Of a DNA stretch of 64,000 nt, positions 58,040 through 64,000 are shown in pieces. A program made the translations under genes and the position numbers. Position 1 is the stretch's first letter. Each line of letters starts with the position of its first letter. The notes beneath the pieces were generated by a model that was not told the DNA's origin, did no database searches, and was given only the letters and a program-made list of their open reading frames with translations. Source of the DNA: Oscillospiraceae bacterium (GTDB taxonomy: Bacteria > Bacillota > Clostridia > Oscillospirales > Oscillospiraceae); contig JAFTHT010000007.1 of the NCBI GenBank assembly GCA_017457285.1, positions 10,631 through 74,630 on the forward strand, in the 5' to 3' direction.

Positions 58040-58732
58040 ATGAACGAAAAACGTGACCCGGATATGAAAAAAGAAGAGCGGGAGCAGGTGGTGGAGCTGG
58101 GCTCTGATATTACAAAAAGCCCACAGGGGAATATTTATACCCTCACCATCATCGGCCAGGTGGAGGGGCATCAGGTGGCGCCAGAAACGGTGAAGACCAC
58201 GAAATATGAACACGTTTTGCCCCTTTTGGCCGGTATCGAAGAAAGCGAAGATATCGACGGCCTGCTTCTGCTTCTGAACACCGTCGGCGGTGATATTGAG
58301 GCTGGGCTTGCCATCGCTGAAATGATTGCGGGCATGAAAAAACCAACCGTTTCTCTTGTCCTTGGCGGCGGCCATTCCATTGGCATTCCGCTGGCGGTCT
58401 GCACCAAAAAGAGCTTCATTACGCCCACCGCCAGTATGACGGTGCATCCGGTCCGGATGACGGGGCTTGTGGTTGGTGCCCCTCAGACTTTCCGATATTT
58501 CCAAAGAATTCAGGAACAAATTACTGAATTTGTTACCGCAAACTCCAGAATTTCAAAAGAAACCTTCGAACATTATATGATGGCCACCGGCGAAATGGCA
58601 ACAGACGTGGGTACCATTCTCTATGGCAAGGAGGCGGTTTCTTCCGGGCTGATAGATAAGCTGGGCGGCCTGAATGATGCTCTTTCTGCTTTGCACAAAA
58701 TGATCTCCAAACAAAAAAATAAGACAGAATAA
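58040..58732 (+). CDS. tepA: ClpP-like TepA protein
   Basis: IIGQVEGH, TTKYEH, LNTVGGD.EAGLAIAE, GGGHSIG; upstream of ftsK/spoIIIE. Confidence 0.88.
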   Translation: MNEKRDPDMKKEEREQVVELGSDITKSPQGNIYTLTIIGQVEGHQVAPETVKTTKYEHVLPLLAGIEESEDIDGLLLLLNTVGGDIEAGLAIAEMIAGMKKPTVSLVLGGGHSIGIPLAVCTKKSFITPTASMTVHPVRMTGLVVGAPQTFRYFQRIQEQITEFVTANSRISKETFEHYMMATGEMATDVGTILYGKEAVSSGLIDKLGGLNDALSALHKMISKQKNKTE

Positions 58733-58805
58733 TTTTGATTCCGGGGTGGAAATCCTGTCGCAAATGTGATATGATAAGATGAATCAACAGACAGGAGGAA
58801 CGGAA

Positions 58806-59639
58806 ATGCCCGATCAACTGCTACACAAGTTCATTTATGTGCTGTTTTCGGCGTTTACGGAGTTCCTTCCTGTCTCGCCCCGGGCTCATCAGATTTTATA
58901 TGAGCTTCTGACCGGCTTCCAGATGACGGATAAGATGGTGACCCTTTCAATCCATATCGGCGTGTTTGTTGCCTTGATTATCAACAATAAAAAGCGTATC
59001 CAGCATTTGGTTCGGGCGAATCGGTTGGCTCGCTACGCCCGCAGGCATCGAAACACTCATGTGGATACCACCGCAATTCTGGATACCAGGGTTCTGAAAA
59101 CCACAATCGTGCCGGTTTTGATTGGTTTGTTATTCCTGCGAAAGGCTGAGGGCTGGATTGGAAGTCTTGCTATGCTGGCTCTGATGCTGACGATTAACGG
59201 TTTCATCATTTTCCTGCCCCGCATCATGCTTCGTGGAAACAAAGATGGTCGGAACCTGAGTCGTCTGGACAGCGTCATAATGGGTATCGGCGGCGGACTT
59301 GGTGTCATTCCTGGTTTTTCCCGTATGGGCGGCATTCTCAGCGGTGGTCAGATTCGGGGCGTGGATAGGAGCTACGCTATGGATGTGGCGCTTTTGGCAT
59401 CCATTCCCGCCCTTTTAGGATTGATTATCATTGATTTATTCGCTGTCATTGCCGCAAAGGCAACCATTTCTGCGTTGGCATGGCTGTGCTATCTGATTAT
59501 GGCCATTATCGCCTTTGGCATCGGCTATCTGGCGGTTTTATTTCTGCGATATTTGTGTGCGAAGGCCAGCTTTACCCGCTTCAGCTATTACAGCTGGGGC
59601 ATGGCCATGTTCGCATTTATGATTTATCTTTTGATTTAA
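58806..59639 (+). CDS. UppP/BacA-like membrane protein with divergent active-site motifs
   Basis: TEFLPVSPRAH, PGFSRMG, SIPA, FSYY. Confidence 0.75.
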   Translation: MPDQLLHKFIYVLFSAFTEFLPVSPRAHQILYELLTGFQMTDKMVTLSIHIGVFVALIINNKKRIQHLVRANRLARYARRHRNTHVDTTAILDTRVLKTTIVPVLIGLLFLRKAEGWIGSLAMLALMLTINGFIIFLPRIMLRGNKDGRNLSRLDSVIMGIGGGLGVIPGFSRMGGILSGGQIRGVDRSYAMDVALLASIPALLGLIIIDLFAVIAAKATISALAWLCYLIMAIIAFGIGYLAVLFLRYLCAKASFTRFSYYSWGMAMFAFMIYLLI

Positions 59640-59650
59640 GGAGGATTTCT

Positions 59651-62311
59651 ATGGCACCCAGTAAAAAACCCACAAAGGCAGAGCTTGCCTCCGGTGGAAA
59701 GAAGAGCCTGCCCTCCAAGTCCGGTTCTTCCCGAAAATCCAGTATGCCGGAGCCGCCTGAAACGACCCAAATTCCGCCCCGTTTTATTTCTTCCATGGTA
59801 TTTCTGGGGCTGTTTCTGGTGTTTTCCATCATGGCCATTAACCCGGATGGACTGCTGGTGAAATTCATTTACCGGTTTGTATTGGGGCTGTTTGGCAAGA
59901 CTGCGTTCTTCCTTTCGATTCCTGCGCTGCTGTACTTATTTTCCATCCACGCCTTCAGCCATGGTCGCCCGGTTCGGATGAGAAGTGTGTGTCTGATTGG
60001 ATTTGTTTTGTCGGTGGGCTGCATTTTTCATCTGACAAAGGAAATCCCGGATGGCATCAAAGGTCTTGAATATTGGGGCTGGCTATATAACGGCGGCATT
60101 ACCAAAGACTCTGAGGGCCTGATTTGTGGTTTGATTGCTTCTTTGCTTCGCAGCCTGCTGAATGATTGGATTAGTTTGATTTTCTTAATCGTCGCCGGGA
60201 TTTTTATGCTTCTGGCTTCCATGCAAATTACGATTCCCAGCCTGATTCGGGCCTTTGAAAATCGCCCCAGGGCGGAATGGGAAACCGAAGAAGCCATTGC
60301 TCAGCGGCCTGAGCCCGCCTCGGTGGTTGTGAACCATATCGCCAATAAGCGGATTGAGATGATTGAAAATCGCCGTCGGGCTAAGGCGGAGAGGGTCAAC
60401 ATCGACCTGCCTGTGGACGGGGAGGAAAGACCCGAAAAGCCTATGAGTCCTCGGGTTAAGCATATGATGTCCCAGATTGATGATATCGATGGGCCTGTGT
60501 CGGCGGCTAAGACCCCTGTGGCGCCTGACGTTGATGACACGCTGTTCAATGCCTCGCCAGTTGTCGAAAAGAAAAAGCCTGCTGCGCCGAAAAAAAAGAA
60601 GGAAAAAGAGCCTCCTGCGGATATCGATTTCCCCAAAACCAGCGGTATGCCTCCGCTGGAGCGTGAGATTGACGAATTTGAGGAGCTCCCCCCGGTAGCG
60701 ACAGAGCCTGCGCCTGCCAAGGTGACCGCAAAGGAAGCGGCTGCTTCCGCCGCAGAGGTGGCGGCGGAAATCGCCCAAAACGCCGCCAACGACAAGCCCA
60801 TTTATTGCTTCCCGCCCATTGATTTGCTGAATCCTTCCCGCCGTAGTTCCATGGATGGTACTGCCGAAATGCGGGAGAATACCCGCCGCCTGAATGAGAC
60901 CCTGGCAAGCTTCAAAATTGAGGCCCACATCATCAATGTGACCCGGGGCCCCAGCGTCACCCGGTACGAGGTGGAGCTGGAAAAGGGCGTTCGGCTGAAT
61001 AAGCTGACCACCGTGGCGGACGATATCGCTCTGAGCCTGGGCGCCTCCGGCGTTCGGATCGCCGCCGTCACCGGCAAAATTTCCGTAGTGGGCATCGAGG
61101 TGCCCAACCGGGCGGTGACGACTGTTTCTCTGCGGGAGGTCATCGATTCCAACGAGTTTAATAAGGCGAAATCCAAGTCCAGCTTTGCCGTCGGTAAGGA
61201 TATCGCCGGCAACTGTATCGTTGGCAATATCGCCAAGCTGCCCCATATGCTGATTGCCGGTACCACCGGTTCCGGTAAGTCCGTCTGCATGAACTCCATT
61301 ATCATCAGCTTGCTGTATAAGGCCAGCCCCGATGATGTGAAGCTCATTATGGTTGACCCCAAAATGGTCGAATTGGGCATTTACAATGGTATTCCCCATC
61401 TGCTGATCCCTGTTGTTACTGACCCCAAGAAGGCTGCCGGTTCTCTGCAATGGGCCGTGACCGAAATGATGCGCCGGTATAAGGCCATGTCCGATGCCGG
61501 TGTCCGGGATCTGGAATCCTACAATTCCATCGTGGAAGCCGAGGAAGAGGGGAGCAAGCTGCCCCAGGTAGTGGTCATCATTGACGAGCTGGCGGATTTG
61601 ATGCTGGTTGCCGCCAAGGAGGTGGAAGAATCCATTTGCCGGATTGCCCAGATGGGCCGTGCGGCTGGTATTCACCTGATTATCGCCACCCAGCGTCCTT
61701 CTGCCGACGTTATTACCGGTCTGATGAAGGCGAATATTCCTTCCAGAATTGCTTTTTCCGTGGCCTCCGCCATGGAATCCCGCATCATTCTGGATACCCA
61801 GGGTGCGGAAAAGCTGGTTGGCCGGGGCGATATGCTCTTTGCGCCCATCGGTGCCGGTAAGCCCCTCCGGGTTCAGGGCTGCTTCGTCAGCGACCCCGAG
61901 GTTGAGGCGGTTGCCAACTATGTCAAGGACAATTATGTCACTACATATGATCAGACGGTTATGGAAGAAATCGAGAAGAAGGCAAGCCAGACCGGCAGTA
62001 AGACGGCTGCTGCGGATGTGGAACCCAATTCCGATGAGCTGGAGGGGGACGAGATGCTCCCCGCCGCTGTGGATGTGATTTTGGAGACCGGACAGGCCTC
62101 TGTATCCATGCTCCAGCGCCGCCTGAAGCTGGGCTATGCCAGAGCCGCCCGGATCGTGGATGAGATGGAGGAGAAGGGCATCGTTGGCCCCTTCCAGGGC
62201 AGTAAGCCCCGGGCCATTCTCATTACCAAAGAAAAGTGGGAAGCCATGAAAAACGGCGGTGCTGTGGAGGATGAGCCTCCCTTTGATGATTTCGTTCCTG
62301 AGGATTTCTAA
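59651..62311 (+). CDS. ftsK: DNA translocase FtsK/SpoIIIE
   Basis: N-terminal TMs, HMLIAGTTGSGKS, IDELADLM, ATQRPS, gamma domain LQRRLKLGYARA; GGAGG RBS before MAPSKK. Confidence 0.96.
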   Translation: MAPSKKPTKAELASGGKKSLPSKSGSSRKSSMPEPPETTQIPPRFISSMVFLGLFLVFSIMAINPDGLLVKFIYRFVLGLFGKTAFFLSIPALLYLFSIHAFSHGRPVRMRSVCLIGFVLSVGCIFHLTKEIPDGIKGLEYWGWLYNGGITKDSEGLICGLIASLLRSLLNDWISLIFLIVAGIFMLLASMQITIPSLIRAFENRPRAEWETEEAIAQRPEPASVVVNHIANKRIEMIENRRRAKAERVNIDLPVDGEERPEKPMSPRVKHMMSQIDDIDGPVSAAKTPVAPDVDDTLFNASPVVEKKKPAAPKKKKEKEPPADIDFPKTSGMPPLEREIDEFEELPPVATEPAPAKVTAKEAAASAAEVAAEIAQNAANDKPIYCFPPIDLLNPSRRSSMDGTAEMRENTRRLNETLASFKIEAHIINVTRGPSVTRYEVELEKGVRLNKLTTVADDIALSLGASGVRIAAVTGKISVVGIEVPNRAVTTVSLREVIDSNEFNKAKSKSSFAVGKDIAGNCIVGNIAKLPHMLIAGTTGSGKSVCMNSIIISLLYKASPDDVKLIMVDPKMVELGIYNGIPHLLIPVVTDPKKAAGSLQWAVTEMMRRYKAMSDAGVRDLESYNSIVEAEEEGSKLPQVVVIIDELADLMLVAAKEVEESICRIAQMGRAAGIHLIIATQRPSADVITGLMKANIPSRIAFSVASAMESRIILDTQGAEKLVGRGDMLFAPIGAGKPLRVQGCFVSDPEVEAVANYVKDNYVTTYDQTVMEEIEKKASQTGSKTAAADVEPNSDELEGDEMLPAAVDVILETGQASVSMLQRRLKLGYARAARIVDEMEEKGIVGPFQGSKPRAILITKEKWEAMKNGGAVEDEPPFDDFVPEDF

Positions 62312-62315
62312 TGTA

Positions 62316-62351
62316 AACCCCGGCAGATTTCGTTTGAAATCTGCCGGGGTA
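62316..62351. terminator. Hairpin terminator between convergent ftsK and coaBC
   Basis: accccggcagatttc-gttt-gaaatctgccggggt. Confidence 0.75.
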
Positions 62352-62360
62352 ATATTCGCA

Positions 62361-63551
62361 TCAAGACATTGAAATTGCGTGATTGAGGATGGCGTTTGCA
62401 GCATCCTCCTTTGACAGCAGTGGAAGCTCCAGTGTATCGTCCTTTGTGATCAGGGTGATAATATTGGTGTCCACACCGAAGCCGGCGCCGGACTGCTTTA
62501 GATTGTTGGCGCAAATCATGTCCACATTCTTTTTGTTGAGCTTTTCCCGGCTGTTTTCGACCATGTTTTGGGTTTCCATGGAGAAGCCGCAAATTATCTG
62601 GCCTTCCCGGCGGTTTTCGCCCAAATACTTCAAAATATCCCGGGTTCTTTCCAAAGGAATGGACAAATCAGCGTCTATTTTCTTCATTTTATCATCGCAA
62701 TATTGGGCGGGGGTATAGTCTGCTACGGCAGCCGCTTTGAAAATGTAGTCCGCATCCGGGCTATGCGCTGCCACGGCCTGGAACATATCTTCTGCCGAAA
62801 CCACCTTCACAACCTTGACAAAGGGCGGGGGGGTAAGGGCGGTGGGGCCGGTGACCAGCGTCACCGCAGCGCCCCGGAGCATGGCCATTTTGGCGATGGC
62901 ATAGCCCATTTTGCCGGTGGAATGGTTGGTTAGATACCGCACCGGGTCAAGGGATTCCTGGGTGGGCCCCGCGGTTACAAGAACGTTTTTGCCGCACAAA
63001 TCATGGGGCAATCCAATATGCTTCAGAATGTGCTGCACCAGCTCCTCCGGCTCCGGCAGTTTGCCCTTGCCGGTGGCACCGCAGGCCAGGCGGCCGCTGG
63101 CGGGGTCAATCACATCCCAGCCATAGCGGCGCAGGATCTGCAAATTATCCTGCGTCACCGGATTTTCATACATATTGGTATTCATCGCCGGGGCAATCAG
63201 CTTGGGACAGCGGCAGGCCAGGACCGTGGTGGTCAGCATATCATCCGCCAGGCCGTGGGCCAGCTTGGCACAGACATTGGCGGTGGCCGGGGCGATGATT
63301 ACCAAATCCGTCCGCTCCGCCAGCGAAATATGTTCCACCTGATGGCTGAAGTTCCGGTCGAAGGTATCCACCATGGTTCGCCGTCCGGTGAGCTGCTCGA
63401 AGGTCAGGGGGGTAATAAATTTTGTGGCATGATCCGTCATCACCACTTCCACAGCGGCATGGAGCTTCACCAAAGCCGAGGCCAGGGCCGCCGCTTTATA
63501 GGCCGCAATACCGCCAGTGACCCCCAGAAGGATTGTTTTTCCTTTCAGCAT
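62361..63551 (-). CDS. coaBC: Phosphopantothenoylcysteine decarboxylase/ligase
   Basis: GGIAAYK, PAMNTNM, LACG..G.G, DPVRYLTNHSTGKMG, AAVADY. Confidence 0.96.
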   Translation of the reverse strand: MLKGKTILLGVTGGIAAYKAAALASALVKLHAAVEVVMTDHATKFITPLTFEQLTGRRTMVDTFDRNFSHQVEHISLAERTDLVIIAPATANVCAKLAHGLADDMLTTTVLACRCPKLIAPAMNTNMYENPVTQDNLQILRRYGWDVIDPASGRLACGATGKGKLPEPEELVQHILKHIGLPHDLCGKNVLVTAGPTQESLDPVRYLTNHSTGKMGYAIAKMAMLRGAAVTLVTGPTALTPPPFVKVVKVVSAEDMFQAVAAHSPDADYIFKAAAVADYTPAQYCDDKMKKIDADLSIPLERTRDILKYLGENRREGQIICGFSMETQNMVENSREKLNKKNVDMICANNLKQSGAGFGVDTNIITLITKDDTLELPLLSKEDAANAILNHAISMS

Positions 63552-63699
63552 CGTTCATTCACCTCTTTTTTTAGTACATTATAGCCGAGATTCCCCCCGA
63601 AGTAAAGGGCTGATTTTGGCTTGTGTTATTGTATCATCCGTGGTATAATTATACCAGCGCTGTATCCCAGAAGGGAACGGCAGCAGGAGGTTATTGAAT

Positions 63700-64000
63700 A
63701 TGAAACATCATTCATTCGGCACCCGCGAGATGGTGACCCTGGCGATGCTCTGCGCCATTTTGCTGATTATGTCCTTCACACCGCTGGGGTATCTCAATAT
63801 CGGGCCGCTGGCCATTTCTTTGAACATGATCCCGGTGGGCATCGGAGCCATGGCTTTGGGCCCTGTTGGGGGCATGGTTTTGGGCGGTATGTTTGGCATT
63901 ACCAGCTTCTTACAATGCATGGGCATTGGCGGCACCAGCGCCATGGGCGTGATTTTGTTTGAAATTAATCCGTTTTTGGCGTTTGTCCAGCGGTTTGTGC
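63700..64000 (+). CDS. ECF transporter S component, probably pantothenate (PanT-like); truncated by window
   Basis: Manual translation MKHHSFGTREMVTLAML...FTPLGYL.IGPL.I....IPV.IGA..LGP; divergent from coaBC. Confidence 0.75.
   Translation, partial: MKHHSFGTREMVTLAMLCAILLIMSFTPLGYLNIGPLAISLNMIPVGIGAMALGPVGGMVLGGMFGITSFLQCMGIGGTSAMGVILFEINPFLAFVQRFV

Noticed and set aside
59480-59650. Extended ftsK start
   Set aside because: Overlaps the UppP-like gene; a strong RBS supports 59651

Overview
GC-rich (roughly 55%, by eye) Clostridia chromosome segment; gene content suggests a gut/rumen Oscillospiraceae (inference). Bases 1-25 kb are accessory-rich: a Gtr-like glycosylation pair, a bile salt hydrolase-like gene, three tRNAs, smpB-cyclophilin-tmRNA, and a decayed ~7.9-kb island in tRNA-Leu(CAG). 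The island (25-bp att duplication, integrase remnant) carries an orphan AgrA/AgrC-type LytTR two-component system. It is flanked by two surface-protein genes whose promoters share a near-identical ~46-bp LytTR-type element, and one of them is split at a G7 tract between a dockerin and a cohesin-like domain. At 25.2-32.2 kb is a ~600-nt OLE RNA followed by oapA-dxs-tlyA-nadK-argR-recN. The rest is mostly housekeeping: T-box tyrS and valS, dapA, queA/tgt/yajC, lepB-rbgA-rnhB-yraN, tig-clpP-clpX-lon-engB, tepA-uppP-like-ftsK, coaBC and panT. It includes two apparent pseudoenzymes (ThrC-like lacking the PLP lysine; UppP-like lacking catalytic residues). Several small repeat families lie in intergenic DNA. 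No CRISPR array was seen. All calls come from reading the sequence; no searches were run.
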